A stretch of 64,000 bases of DNA from Psammoneis japonica (GCA_008632985.1 QPGO01000089.1:1-64000); one strand, 5' to 3'; shown: positions 27,881-41,302, counted from the stretch's first letter. Numbers and translations are program-made. The notes: generated by a model not told the origin, from the letters alone.

Positions 27881-28576
27881 TCAGGCAGCGGGGGCAAAGA
27901 GAAAGGAAAAAGAAAAAATGAAAAAAACGCCAGAAAGCCAAAGAAGGACACGCCGACGACAGGAAGAGTGGTGGCGGCGCAACCGCCACCCACCCCAACG
28001 AATTTGGCAAAGAAAAAAAGATGCACAACTGGCCGCGGAACAAAAAACAACAAAAATGAAGTTTGGGCAGTTGGGCACATGCATCGACCACAAAAATGTT
28101 TCTGTGGAGCACGGCAGTCTCGAAATGGCTGCACTGCTGTGAACCCCACAACATTCATTGTCCACTTTTTGTTTTTGGGTTTGTGGTGATTTCAGCATTC
28201 AGTTGCTTGTTTTGGGTGTTGCTTCCAGTCACGCTGTTGGTCACAACATGTGAAAACGATGCTTGACTGATTCGATTTGTGAAACGACATGTCCTGAGCT
28301 AGACTGTGGATGCGAGTTGGATGCGGGCACGCGCCCATTCTGCATGGTCTGTCTGTTGACAGGAGCAAAATTGCACCAACAGCTTTGGCAAATGCACATC
28401 CTGAGTTCGGCTGTGGATGAGAAACAGACATGGGTGCGCATCCATTTTTGCATGGTCTGTCCTTCAACCATGGCCACTTGGCATCGATCAGGTGGGGTCT
28501 GTCATTCAACCGGAAGCGTTTTGTGCCACCTCATGACCCAAACCCAAACCCTCCCATCCCAAATGCACCACATGTG
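27881..28576 (+). repeat. Third, more diverged copy of the right end of the 5.7-kb unit
   Basis: Matches ~7570-8165 and ends in the same ...tgcaccacatgtg. Confidence 0.9.
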
Positions 28577-28813
28577 ATGGCAGCAAAGGGCACAAAATGG
28601 CCAAGGGCGCAAAATCACAAAGGGCGCAAAATGGCGGCAAAGTGTGCAAAATCACAAAGGGTGTAAAATCGCAAAGGGCACAAAATGACCAAGGGCACAA
28701 AATGACCAAGTGCACAAAATGGTGGCAAAGGGTGCAAAATCGCAAAGGGCACAATGTGGCAGCAAAGGGTGCAAAATCACAAAGGGTGCAAAATCGCAAA
28801 GGGTGCAAAATCA
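28577..28813 (+). repeat. Satellite block
   Basis: Same monomers, more degenerate. Confidence 0.9.
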
Positions 28814-31558
28814 TGAACAAATGCTGGCATGCTGTCACAAACATGGGCAGTTCATGTGCTGTTGGCGATTGGTCCACTGTCGCTTGTTTGGTGGTCCCAG
28901 CAGCGCAACATCTCACAGCTCTAGAACCTGTTGATGCTGTCCAACACTCTGTCTTGTCCTGTGCCCAGTTCTTGGCTGTCATGGTGGCATTTGTTCACTT
29001 TGTCAGAGCCAGTGCACTGTGATGTTCATCGTCTGGAACGGGCATCGCAAACAGCACAACGGCATGTTGTGATCAATCGATTTTTGTGGCAAGAGCCATG
29101 TTGGTCCCATGGTTGCTCGTGCAATCGCTGAGTCTTTTGCACATGCCAACATCCATGGATGTGAGTGGCACACTCTTGGAGACCAGAGCTGTGATCCGTT
29201 GGACATGACGTCAGTGGACGGAATGTTTGATCACGTGGATGGAACATGTTGGCTAAGACATGCAAACATTTGTGATGAAGACAACACAATGATTTGTGTG
29301 CTGAGGTCTGTCAATTGACTGTGTGCGTTTGTTTGACCAAAGTGCGCTGTCAAATGGTTTGGACACACTGCACATGTGGGTGCATGTCTGTTGGAAATTG
29401 TTGCTCAGGAGTGACACCACCTGCTCACGGTGTTGCCAAGCAGAAACCACCAAATCTTTTCTCACTTTTCTCCACTCACACAAGTGGATGCTCATGCATT
29501 GAAATGCAAGCGACTGCCAAAACACGGTGGCTGCTGCCGCGGCCTTTGCCGCTTGTCTTGTGCACTGTGGATGCAATGTGCAGACACGCACCTGCACAGC
29601 CGGTCAAGGTTTTGCTGCTGTTCAGGACTTGGAACAGGCCCCTTTGGCAGAGATTGCTGCTGTGACTGAGGGCATTGTGAAAAGCGTGGATGCCACCGCC
29701 AACCCTCAAGTCCACTTCCCACACCTGGTGAATCGCAAGTTCAAGGCACTGCGCACATGGATTGACTGCCACAGAGCCCGAAACCAACAGCTGACTGCTG
29801 CTCTCTTTGCTGGTGACGTCATTGGGACATGGATGGCACGTCTCACAGAACTGGAACAATTCAAGTCAGCGGACTTGGATGATGTGTCAGCTGCCAAGAC
29901 GGCCGTGGAACTCAAGAATCTGCATGGCTGGCCTGCCTTCCAAGAGTTGCTGGAGAGTGAGCCATGCCATCACTGCAGCGCCATTGCTGGCACACCCCTT
30001 GTCTGCCTGGCTGGGGAGCATGAAGACGCCACTGCCAAAATGTTGGCTGCCACCTGCTCTGCCATTGACGAAGACCTCATTGCCACCACTCGACTTGCAG
30101 GAGCTCAGCACACACAGGACAGGCAATGCCTGTGTGATCTCTTGAAGAAGCCAGTGACAGGGGGGGCCGGGTGGGCTTTTGTCAAACCTTCCAATCACAG
30201 CCACAATGGTCGCACTGCCTTCTTTGCGCTCAAGATGCAGGCGGAAGGATCGGCTGCTGCCACCACCCAAAAAAACTGTGCCTGTGCACAGATTGCTGCC
30301 GCAAAGTGCACTGGATGGGGTTGTTTCACTTTCGACCAGCACGCTCAACGCCATCAGAAAGCTCACAACGACTTGTCCAAGCTTGATGAGCCGGCAGCCA
30401 AGACCAAGAAGGTCTCTGACTTTCTCAAGGGTGTCTCTGACCCTGGGTTGGAGACTGGCAAGAGTGCAGTGGATGGAGACCCAACAAAGCCAGTGGATTT
30501 CGAAGCATGCCAGCAGCGTGTGAAGACTCTGGCAGAAAATGCTGAGAACCGCAATGCTGATGCTGGCGGAATTGCATCCGTCCAACATCGCAACAACTGG
30601 CGCAGAAACCCTGGATGCAAGCACCAACCAAAAAAGGACAAGCCCAGGATCAGGGCAGGCCACCGTCCCATTGAAGAGTGGAGTGCTCTTGATGGTCCTG
30701 AGCAAGAGCAAGTCAAGAAGCTCTGTGAGGCCAAAAAAGCCAAGAAGAAATGCAAAGCAGCAGCTGCATCTTCAGAGGCTGAGTCGGTTGATGTCGAAAC
30801 TTACTCTGTTAAAAAGGTGGCTGTCGCCGAGCCTGAACCCAAACCTGCTGATGAACAAAAGGGCTCCGAAGAGTCGGGCAAACCTGCTGCCAACGAAGGC
30901 AAGCAGTTCAGACGCAGCGCCCACAAGAAACCTCAGAAAGAGGCATGAACAGTTGCGCCAGCACCAAAAAGCACAGAGCCGACTGTTGCTGAACCTGCTG
31001 GCACTGTGCATTTGTCTGGGCAATTCTCAAAGGATGTGTGTGTCTCTTTGTCATCTGCTGGACATTCAGATGGTTGAGCAACCAATGACTTGGACTCGCA
31101 TGCTGATGCGTGTGCTGTTGGGTCCAACTTTGCAATGCACTCTGACATCGACCGCACTGTCATGGTGCACCCTTGCTCCCAAGAGCATGCACCAATGAAA
31201 AACATTCCCATTTGCACGGCTGCTGCTGTGCAGGTTGATCCAACTGATGGACAACCACACCTGCTGTCAGTCCATGAGGCCATGTTTTTTGGGGACAGGA
31301 TGACTGACAATCTGCTGTGCCCCAACCAACTGCGAGCAAATGGACTGACTGCCCACGACACCCCTTGCCAGTTTGATTCTAACAGCGCACACTCTGTTGC
31401 TTTCCCTGGCTTGAAGATTGGGATGCCGTTGCACATGCGAGGTGTTGCTTCAGCTTTTGACTCACACAAGCCGACAAAGGAGGATCTGGAGAACCTTCCC
31501 CGGCTGGAACTCACATCACCCCTCAGATGGGAGCCTTCTGCTGATGCCATGGCGTGCT
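28814..31558 (+). mobile_element. Ty1/copia copy 2: 5' LTR, gag and protease
   Basis: LTR start tgaacaaatgctgg shared with 22053; gag 29527..30948; protease LDSHADAC. Confidence 0.88.
29527..30948 (+). pseudogene. gag: Copia gag-like ORF (473 aa, hypermutated)
   Basis: Lies between LTR and protease; NGRTAFFALKMQAEG and KKVSDFLKGVSDP motifs; only one Tyr seen. Confidence 0.78.
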
Positions 31559-32390
31559 GAATGCAAACCAAAACGCGGCTCCCACAAAAAGAAAAAAGAA
31601 GTCATGACATGAGGACAACCAATTGGCTGCCTTTGCATTGTTGGCAATGATCGATTCTCGTGCGATTCCATGCATTCCTTGTGGCCACAATTCTGCCTTT
31701 GTTTCACAGCTGCACCCTCTGCGTGTTTTTCCACACGCGCTCCTTTGTCGACATGCCATTGTTCCATGATCAGCGACAATCTCATGCAGTGGAAAACGAA
31801 TTGCACCCAGCTCTCTTGGCTCAATTGCTTGACGTTCTTCTTGACATTTTTTGTTCTCACTTGCAAAGTTTCCACACAGGTCTCAGTGCAAATTCTGTGT
31901 GTTCTGCAAGTCATTTCAGATGAAGGACTCGTCAAACTGCCGATTGCTCTCTCTCCATGCCTCTCAAGTGTCAACGACCCCCCTTCTCTCTGTTGTCCAT
32001 TCAAGTTTCCTGTGTCATGTGGCAAACATCTTCCTGTCATTGTTCCTTTCAGAAGTTTGAAGAAGAGACCAGCTCAGTGTGCGTTGGCCAATTTTCCTTG
32101 TGCAAACAAGTCCACACAAGTTTTGGCACAAGTTCTGTGCGTCAAGGAAACATTTTCAAATGGCCGATCTCCCAATCTCTCAACTGCTCTCTGTCCACAC
32201 CTGCCAAGCTCCAAAGACCCCTCCTCTGCCTGCTGTCCTTTTAAGTTCTCTGCTTTGTGCAGCAAACACCCTTCCATCTTTGCTGCTTCCAGAAGTGTGA
32301 ATTCGAGATCAACTTGGCTTGATTTGGAACTTTGCCTGTTTGCCAATGCTTCCTGCCAAGTTCCTGTGCAAGACTCAGCACAAGTTCTGC
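31559..32390. mobile_element. Left part of second copy of the 15-bp-TSD insertion
   Basis: Same junction (gccatggcg..ctgaatgcaaacc) and sequence as 15165-15995; continues at 38924. Confidence 0.88.
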
Positions 32391-32822
32391 TGCCCCACGC
32401 ATGTGCCAGGCGCTGAAAAAGAAGATGTGTTGCGACTTTGTCGTTGTGAAAATTGTGAGCTAGTTTAGAGCAGAGAAAATGGGATCGTGCGAATGGGGAA
32501 TCTTGCCAAATCCCCATTCGTTCGCACTTGGATCGCATCAAATCGATCGTGCGTTCGCATTGTGGATCGTGTGAATCAAGCCATCACGCGCCATGCACGA
32601 GTGATGTCATCGTGTGGAATCACGCTGCCATCGTGGGCCAGACGACGGGCCAGTGTGCTTCACACGGATGCTCTCCCAGCATCCTTCTGGAATTGCCCAA
32701 GACCCAGAGCCACGCCCTCCTGTGGTCGTGCTTCCCAGGTGCGTGTTAACAACACTGCGTTGCCATGCACGAGAGGCTCATGCACGGTCTCGCCGTGTTG
32801 TCCAGCAGCGAGGCATGCTGCA
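32391..32822 (-). repeat. Gypsy 3' LTR
   Basis: Direct repeat of 38488-38919 and 40871-41302. Confidence 0.95.
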
Positions 32823-32861
32823 CACTCCCCCGTGATCAGGGCCGTCAAGTGACAGGATGTC

Positions 32862-35465
32862 TCACTGGTGATGGGGTGCAATCTGCCGTAGATTGCACGC
32901 ATCTGTCAGTGCTCTGTTCTGGACACGCAACGTGCCGTTGTCACACACACGGACAACTCTGGCGGGTCCTGCACAGCTGTCAGAACTGCATTTAGAGGAT
33001 TGTTCCTGTTTGACAAGCGCCAATTGCCCCATGGCACATTGATGCTCCTTGCGTTTCTGATTTTCACGCTTGTTGTTCAAGTGGATGAGCTTCTGCTTTC
33101 TGGCTTCTGTGTGCTTCCACTCAGCACGATGGGCAATGGATGAAACCGCATCGCGTCCGAAGACCAATTGCATGGGACTTGCACGCGTGGTCGCATGTGC
33201 CGCAGCTCTGATGGCGAAGGCTGCTGCGGAGAGGATGCCACTCCATGGGTCATCTTCGTCCAGCTCCACATCCTGCACTGAAAAGGAGCGCACCATGTTG
33301 CCAAGTGTCTGGCGCACACGTTCCACTGTGGCATTCGCCTGTGGATTCCGTTTGCTCATGGGTTTCTTCAAAATCCCATGGTCATTTTTAATCATCTGGC
33401 TAAATTCTGCCACAAATTCTGTCCCACGGTCATAAACCACCTGGGTTGGCCACGGATGTCTGCACAGCCAAGTTTGTTCTACGACGTTTGCTGCGACGTC
33501 TGTGCGTTTCATAGACACTTCTTCATTCTCGAACCACCCGGTTGCTGGGTCAATCATTGTGACTGCCCACAATTGCAAAGTGTCTTTTCTGCGTCTTTGA
33601 ATTTTACATGGCCCCATCACATCTGTGCATGGGGTCTCCCATGGAATTGTCTCTGCGACCTTTTCTGGCAGCTTCCCACAACGCTGCGTTCGGCGTTTTG
33701 TCTTCTGGCATCGATTGCACTCAACGCACGTAGAATGCACCGTAGACCTCATGCCAGGCCAACAGAAGTGCTGGGCAATGGATGTTTCCACACGTGTCTC
33801 ACCTGGATGACACAGTGTCTCGTGGTGCCATTCAGTTAGCGGAACCTGCAATGACTGTGGCACTGCGATTTTGTCTTTATGACAGATTGACTGTCGTGAT
33901 GACCCTCCCCCACGATGCGTGCGAATGGAGCAGTCGGACGAGTCCTCAGCTCTTGAGAGTGGGCGCTTGTCCTGTTGTTGTGCTTTTTGAATGCGTTTGA
34001 AGCCAATGGGCAGAGACATCTCATCTTGTGCGTCTGCATTAAAAGCTTCATGCAAAGGACGACTCGATGGAGTGTCTTTTACATTCGGATTGGCCTTGGA
34101 AGGCAAGCTGGGTGCTGGTCGAAGGCGACTGAGAGCGTCAGCGACTGGGTTGTGGGTGCCCTTGACATGGCACAATTCGGGACCGCATTCTTCGCATGCC
34201 AACCGCCAGCGCACAACGCGCTCGGTGTTGAATGCTTTGCACGTAAGATTTTTATGATCAGCACACATGATTGTGCAATGACCAAGGAGAGTCGTTCGAA
34301 ATTCTTTCAACGTCTCCACAATGGCGAGCAATTCTCTCTCCATTGTTGCGCAATTTAATTGCGCACTGTTGAGCTTTCTGCTGTAAAAGGCGACAGGTTT
34401 GTTGTCTTGGGACACAACTGCTCCCAATTGACATTTAGAGGCATCGGCACGCATCTCAAAGGGTTTGTTAAAATCAGGATGTGACAACAAAACATCATCC
34501 GATGTCACCCGTTTGACGGTTTCGAACACCTCGTCTTCAACGGACGTCCACTCCCACTTGACAGTCTCGCTTGCGAGTTGTGCCAGCGGAGCCAAGACTT
34601 CAGAACATCTGATCCACGTGTCGTGGCAGCAGTTCACCACACCAACAAATGAGTGGAGGTCGCGTTCATTGGTTGGGGCCACGATTCGCTCAATGGCGTC
34701 GACTTCATTGGGTGTTGGTCGCATTCCGTCTCTGTTGACCAGACAACCCAAGCACTCTAATTGGGTTTGACAGAAGTGAGATTTAGCTGCATTGACTTTT
34801 AGTCCTGCTTTCTGGACCCTCAATGAAACTTCTTCAAGTTTGTTGAGGTGATCTTCACAGGTGCCTTTCGTCACAACGAGAAGGTCATCTAAGTGCGTTC
34901 GAACGAACGACAGATCTTCAAATGAGCCTGACATGCGTTCTTGGAAAATGTCTGGCGAGTTGCACAATCCCATGGGCAATGCCTGCATCTCACACTTGCC
35001 CCACGGGAAGATGAGCGTGCAGAGCTTCTTGCCATCAGCATCCAATCGGATGTGACAACAGCCCACATTTAAATCCAATGATGTTGCCCACATGAAGCCT
35101 TTGAGCTTGAGCAGCACATCTTGGATGTGAGGAATCGGATGAGGCAATCGCTTGATCCATTCACTCAGCTCTCTGAAATCATTGACAAAGCGTGCCGTTA
35201 AATCTTTCTTCGGTGTGACAAATGATGGAGCTGCCCATTGGGATCGGTTGACGTGTTTGAGAACACCAACACGTGCCAGGCGTTCTACTTCTTTGCGCAG
35301 CGCAGCTTTGCACGCACGAGGTGCTTTGTGCAGACGAGCGTGGTGTGGTTCTGCACCCTCCTTGAGTTGGATGTGGCAGGGTTCTCCCTTCCATTCTCCT
35401 GATGTCCCATCAAATGAGGACTCATGGCGTTTCAATGGTGCCAAAAGGTTGTTTTGTTGAACCAT
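32862..35465 (-). pseudogene. pol: Gypsy pol (RT, RNase H, integrase); 867 open codons but motifs altered
   Basis: SLDLNVGCCHI (LDLxMGYYHI), RTHLDDLL (YLDD), ADASKCQLGAV, ERELLAIVE, DHKNL, HPGETR, IDPATGWFE, YDRGTEF, NPQANATVER. Confidence 0.95.
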
Positions 35466-35746
35466 AGAAAGTCACACTGCCCCTCGCGTCATGTCCTCGA
35501 GGCAGGCCGGCGCGCACCCAGCATCCAAAATGCACGAAATCCGGTCGGTTTCCGAAGATGAGGCTTCTGGATCTTGAAGATAGAAGGAGGTTTCTACCGC
35601 AGCATCTGCATGCCTCATTGGTGCTTCTCCATTGACCAATGGCCACTCTGTCATCTGTTCAGAGAAGACAATGTCAATGCCTTGTGTCTCCAGAATGTCA
35701 CGTCCAACAATCACATCGCACTTGCCCAACTTTCCGTTGTGCACGT

Positions 35747-37063
35747 GATGTGTTTTCATCCCAGGTGAGAAACGCGCATGCGGAGGTGAGACGTTTCGTC
35801 TGTCCCTTTTCCGTCGCCGTGCTTTTTGTGCGAGCAAATCTGACTGGACTTTCCCCCGATTTTTTGTTTCTTCTTTCCACAGACATGTTTATTTTGAAAA
35901 GCCAGCCGTTGTTCTCATTGGTTGAAGGGTGCGCACAAGAAAAGCGCTGTCTCGAAAGCGGCATTTTTTGGAGTGAAGCTGACAGCCATCTGCTCGTTGT
36001 TGTCATTCTGGTGCATTTGAGAGACTGTTCTGCTGTTTCTTTCACCGAATCTGACTGCTTTGAAAGAATGTGCGCATTGTTCATTGCACAAAGAGCTCAC
36101 ACCAAAAAAGAACGGCGTTCTAACTCCATCACTTGCATGAGAAAAATCGGGGGAACTGACTTCGCACGTGATTTTTTTGCGCGATCGGCCATTTCAAAGA
36201 TCGACTGATTTGTCGACCTGTGTGGGACACTTGAGTGAACAAAACAATGGGATTGAAATGGCAGCGTCAAAGTTCAATGTGTGCCCAGTCATTGTGTGAT
36301 TTGACATGCCCAAGCAGAGTTAAAGATGAAATGTTGACAAAATTTCACCGCTCAAAATGACTGGTTCTATCTTAGAATAAAATGAAATGGCTGCAACACT
36401 GAGATGTCGCTGATGGCATTGTTCCACTTTACAACAATGAAACTGTCACACTTGCATCTGAGATTCTTTGTCCTCACACACCCTTAAAACCGAACACATG
36501 ACGATTCTCTTGTCGGCAGCGAAATCTGATGTTGTCGCACGACCCAAAAGCGTCGTCCATGACGACTCAAAGTGCGGACGACACATTGTGAGAATCACAG
36601 CAACGTGTCATAGAAACATTCTTCGTTGTCAGCATCCGGTGTCAAGCAGATGGAGCAGCGCGTTGATGAGAATCCTGCTTCGCAAGCTGAGGAAGAGAGA
36701 AAGAGGCATCAAAAATGTCATGAGTCAAAAGGCCATCCACGAGGCACAACAAAAAACAAAGATCAAATTTTCAACCACATCATCGTGTTGAGCGTTGTCT
36801 CATTGACCTGTCTCGGCATTCTCACCTTCTCAGTCACAACATCCGTTGGTGTGAGAATGGACGAGTTCATGGCGACGGCATGGTGCCATTTTCGGTTTGC
36901 GCGAATTGTGGTTTGTGGTTTGAGACATGGAAAAACATGTTTTTGCTGTCATGGAGCTCGTTTTTTACTAAGATTTTTGGTGCTGAATGTACGTCTCATG
37001 TAGAAACACGTAGAAAACCTCGTGATGTGTCCAAAAGTTTCTCACCTGGGATGAAAACACATC
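35747..37063. mobile_element. Non-autonomous TIR element, family 2 (1317 bp), inserted in gypsy protease
   Basis: Perfect TIR gatgtgttttcatcccaggtgagaaac; TSD ACGT; empty site visible in the second gypsy copy near 39430. Confidence 0.92.
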
Positions 37064-37292
37064 ACGTGGACAGCATGTTTAAGTTCTGCAGTTTCGGATA
37101 ATTCTGGTGACCGAAATTTAACGGCACAGTCGTCAGACGCACTGAACGAGCCTGCCACCGTAGTCCAGTTTGTCTCAGCCGTTGAATGGCTTCGCAGACG
37201 TTCACAGCATCGACTGTCAAGTAGAGCACTGCTGGCGCCACCATCTGGCAGTGCCTCAATGGTTTGAGTCTTGCCCTTGCCATGTTTGGCAT

Positions 37293-38429
37293 TCACAGCA
37301 TTGGAGCAAGATGAGTCTTTTTAACTCGTTTGCGGGATTGGCCTACAACACGTGTACGATGGCAATTCAGTTGTTCATTGGTGCATTCATCTGATGTGTC
37401 AAAACCACCTGCATCGTGTCGGCAAGTGTCCGAGTCTTCGGAATCACTCAAGTTGAGGTCGCGGAAGTGATTGAGCTCCTCCTCGCGTGCCTTGCGCTTT
37501 TTCTGAGCATTGGCAAAGAACTCCTCGACCTTCGATCCGATGAGAGCATCAACATCTTCCTCATTCCGAGGTTTTGCATTGGGCTTGCTGCCTCCGTTGT
37601 TGGAATGTCCAGTCTTGACACATTTCAAGTGGGTGTTCGGTTGGGTCGTGATCAATGACTCAAAATTGTCCGTTCTACGTCCCCGCTTACATGGGACCCT
37701 AGCATGTTGGTCGCGGTTACCTTCGGCAAGCTCAACCTGCTCGGCGCGCTCGCAGAACTGCACAAATTCAGCGACAGCATGCGCCAACGGGTCAAAATTC
37801 TGCAGCATCATGAACTTCTGCCATGCGTTCGGCACACCGCACTCGAACACATCGCACAGTTCATCTTCAGGCAATGGCGCCAGTGCTTCTCCATCCTCCG
37901 TCACGGGTGGAAACTGAGAGATGTGGCCGTTAATTTCAACAGCCCTCGCGACGCAGTCACGAGTGGAAACCTCTGTGGGCTTGCGCATGAAGCGCCTCAG
38001 ATGGCGCTTCTGCAATGGTGCCGCCCCATGTGGGAAGATGCTTTCCTTTGGCTTTGCGACGCATGCTGCGCACGCAGCATTGGTTTGGGATGCCTGCTTG
38101 TCAGCGGCATTGTTGAATGACGTCAGAGCATCGCCCTGCAGTGGGTCACGCATGAGGGCAAATTTCGCTGGCCCGGTCGTGATGTTTTGTCCTTCGTGCA
38201 CGCGATCCACGTTGCATGGAAAGATTGGGAGTGTCTCGCATGCAGCCGCAGAAAGGCACGGAATGCCCATCTCATGCGTTGGACTGTCTGGATCAGTGGG
38301 GTTGTTACGCAGCTTGAATGTCTGGTGCTCGCCCTGCTGCAACTCTTTCTTCTCCGGCCGTGCGAACGGAATCGGTGGCTCAACCCGCTTCTTCATGGTC
38401 GTTTTGAGATTTGTCGGTCCCACCAACAT
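37293..38429 (-). pseudogene. gag: Gypsy gag-like ORF
   Basis: Follows 5' LTR; QKRHLRRFMRKP and GVPNAWQ motifs; followed by protease ALPDGGASS. Confidence 0.8.
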
Positions 38430-38487
38430 TTCGTAGTTTCGTTTCTGTAGATTTCACCTCGCACAATGTGCGGGAGTGACATCACTG

Positions 38488-38919
38488 TGCCCTGTGCATG
38501 CACCAGGTGCTGAAAAAGAAGATGTGTTGCGACTTTGTCGTTGTGAAAATTGTGAGCTAGTTTAGAGCAGAGAAAATGGGATCGTGCGAATGGGGAATCT
38601 TGCCAAATCCCTGTTCGTTCGCATTTGGATCGCATTAAATTGATCGTGCGTTCACATTGTGGATCGTGCGAATCAAGCCATCACGCGCCATGCACGAGTG
38701 ATGTCATCGTGTGGAATCACGCCACCATCGTGGGCCAGATGACGGGCCAGTGTGCTTCACACGGATGCTCTCTTAGCATCCTTCTGGAATTGCCTGAGAC
38801 TTAGAGCCACGCCCTCCTGTGGTCGTGCTTCCCAGGTGCGTGTTGACAATGCTGCATTGCCACGTGCAAGAGGCTCATGCATGGTCTCGCCGTGTTGTCC
38901 AGCAGCAAGGCATGCTGCA
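38488..38919 (-). repeat. Gypsy 5' LTR
   Basis: 432 bp; followed on minus strand by PBS-like tg(g/a)tgtcactccc. Confidence 0.95.
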
Positions 38920-38923
38920 CTGC

Positions 38924-39360
38924 GTGTCATGAAAACATTTTCTGATGGCCTGTTTTCCAATCATCCGACGGCTCTCCATCTGCACCTGCCAAGCTCCAAT
39001 GACCCCCCCCCCTTTCCTCAGTGCCTTTTTAAGTTCTTTGCTCTGTGCGGTGAACTCCTTTTTGTTGTTGCTGCCACCAGAAGTTTGGTTTTGAGACCAA
39101 CTCGGAGGTTGGTGATGTTTTGGTCCCTGTTTGTGAAATGTGCGGTGTTTGCTCTGTTTCAGATCCCTTCTCACTTTGGAATGTTCCAGCATGGCTTGCT
39201 TCAGTGGAATGATCAGATCCAGCCAGAAGCAAAGAGCCATTCCATTGCTGTGGTTTCAAGTGCTTTGAAGGTTCCAAATCAATTTGCTGTTGCTGTCTGT
39301 GACACCACTCCCAACAGTTCCCGGCGGGCATCATCATTTGTTGGTGACGCCCATCTTGGC
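38924..39360. mobile_element. Right part of second copy of the 15-bp-TSD insertion (truncated)
   Basis: Continues gtgtcatgaaaacatttt exactly where 32390 stopped. Confidence 0.88.
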
Positions 39361-39362
39361 CT

Positions 39363-41302
39363 TGTCAATGCCTTGTGTCTCCAGAATGTCACGTCCAACA
39401 ATCACATCGCACTTGCCCAACTTTCCGTTGTGTGCGTGGACGGCATGTTTAAGTTCTGCAGTTTCGGACAATTCTGGCAACCGAAATTTAACGGCACAGT
39501 CGTCAGACATGCTGAACGAGCCTGCTGCCGCAGCCCAGTTTGTCTCAGCCGTTGAATGGCTTCACAGACGTTTGCAGTGTCGACTGTCGAGCAGAGCGCT
39601 GCTGGCGCCACTGTCTGGCAGTGCCTTGATGGTTTGAGTCTTGCCCTTGCCATGTTCAGCATTCACAGCTGTGAACAAGATTGGAGCAAGATGAGTCTTT
39701 TTAACTCGTTTGCGGGATTGGCCTGCAACACGTGTGCGATGGTAATTCAGTTGTTCATTTGTGCATTCATCCAGTGCATTGAAACTGCCTGCATCATGTT
39801 GGCAAGTGTCCGAGTCTTCGGAATCACTCAAGTTGAGGTCGCGGAAGTGATTGAGCTCCTCCTCACGTGCCTTGCGCTTTTTCTGAGCGTTGGCAAAGAA
39901 CTCCTCGACCTTCGATCCGATGAGAGCATTGATGTCTTCCTCATTCCGAGGTTTTGCATTGGGCTTGCTGCCTCCATTGTTGGAATGTCCAGTCTTGACA
40001 CGTTTCACGTGGGTGTTCGGTTGGGTCGTGATCAACGACTCAGAATTGTCCGTTCCATGTCCCCGCTTGTGTGGGACCCTAGCATGTTGGTCGCGGTTAC
40101 CTTCGGCAAGCTCGACCTGCTCGGCGCGCTTGCAGAACTGTGCAAATTCGGCGACAGCATGCGCCAACGGGTCAAAATTCTGTAGCGTCATGAACTTCTG
40201 CCATGCGTTTGGCACACCGCACTCAAACATGTCGCACAGTTCGTCATTGGGTGATGGTGCCAGTGCTTCTCCATCCTCTGTCACGGGTGGAAACTGAGAG
40301 ATGTGGCCGTTAATTTCAACAGCCCTCGCGATGCAGTCACGAGCAGAAACCTCTGCGGGCTTGCGCATGAAGCGCCTCAGATGATGCTTCTGCAATGGTG
40401 CCGCCCTGTGTGGGAAGATGCTTTCCTTTAGCTTCGCGACGCATGCTGCGTACGCAGCATTGGTTTGAGATGCCTGCTTGTCAGCGGCATTGTTAAATGA
40501 CGTCAGAGCATCGCCCTGTGGCAGGTCACGCATGAGGGCAAATTTCGCTGGCCCGGTCGTGATGTTTTGTCCTTCGTGCACGCGATCCACGTTGCGCAGA
40601 AAGATTGGGAGTGTCTCGCATGTAGCCGTAGAAAGGTGCGGAATGCCCATCTTGTGCATTGGACCATCCGGATCAGCAGGGTTGTTGTGTGGCTTGAACG
40701 TCTGGTGCTCGCCCTGCTGCAGCTCTTTCTTCTCCGGCCGTGCAAACGGAATCGGCGGCTTGATCCGCTTCTTCATGGTCGTTTTAAGATTTGTCGGTCC
40801 TGCCAACATTTCGTAGTTTCATTTCTGCAGATTTCGTTACCTCGCACAACATGCGGGAGTGACACCACTGTGCCCCATGCATGCACCAGGCGCTGAAAAA
40901 GAAGATGTGTTACGACTTTGTCGTTGTGAAAATTTTGAGCCAGTTTAGAGTAGAGAAAATGGGATCGTGCGAATGGGGAATCTTGCCAAATCCCCATTCG
41001 TTTGCATTTGGATCGCATTAAATCGATTGTGCGTTCGCATTGTGGATCGTGCGAATCAAGCCATCACGCACCATGCACGAGTGATGTCATCGTGTGGAAT
41101 CACGCTGCCATCGTGGGCCAGACGACGGGCCAGTGTGCTTCACACGGATGCTCTCTTAGCATCCTTCTGGAATTGCCTGAGACTTAGAGCCACGCCCTCC
41201 TGTGGTCGTGCTTCCCAGGCACATGTTAACAACACTGCGTTGCCACGTGCAAGAGGCTTGTGCACGGTCTCACCGTGTTGTCCAGCAGCGAGGCATGCTG
41301 CA
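39363..41302 (-). mobile_element. Truncated second gypsy copy (5' LTR 40871-41302, gag, protease)
   Basis: ORF 39562..40809 matches 37293..38429 plus ALPDSGASS; lacks the TIR insertion. Confidence 0.92.

Larger units (their letters stand above)
32391..38919 (-). mobile_element. Full-length Ty3/gypsy LTR retrotransposon (hypermutated)
   Basis: 432-bp TG...CA LTRs at 32391-32822 and 38488-38919; TSD CTGC on both sides; PPT gggggagtg on minus strand next to left LTR; order gag-PR-RT-RH-IN. Confidence 0.96.

Noticed and set aside
32862..35465. Functional pol gene or alternative genetic code reading TGY/CAY as Tyr
   Set aside because: Tyr is replaced by either Cys or His, and paralogous copies differ at these sites; the same change affects non-coding DNA, so it is mutation, not recoding.
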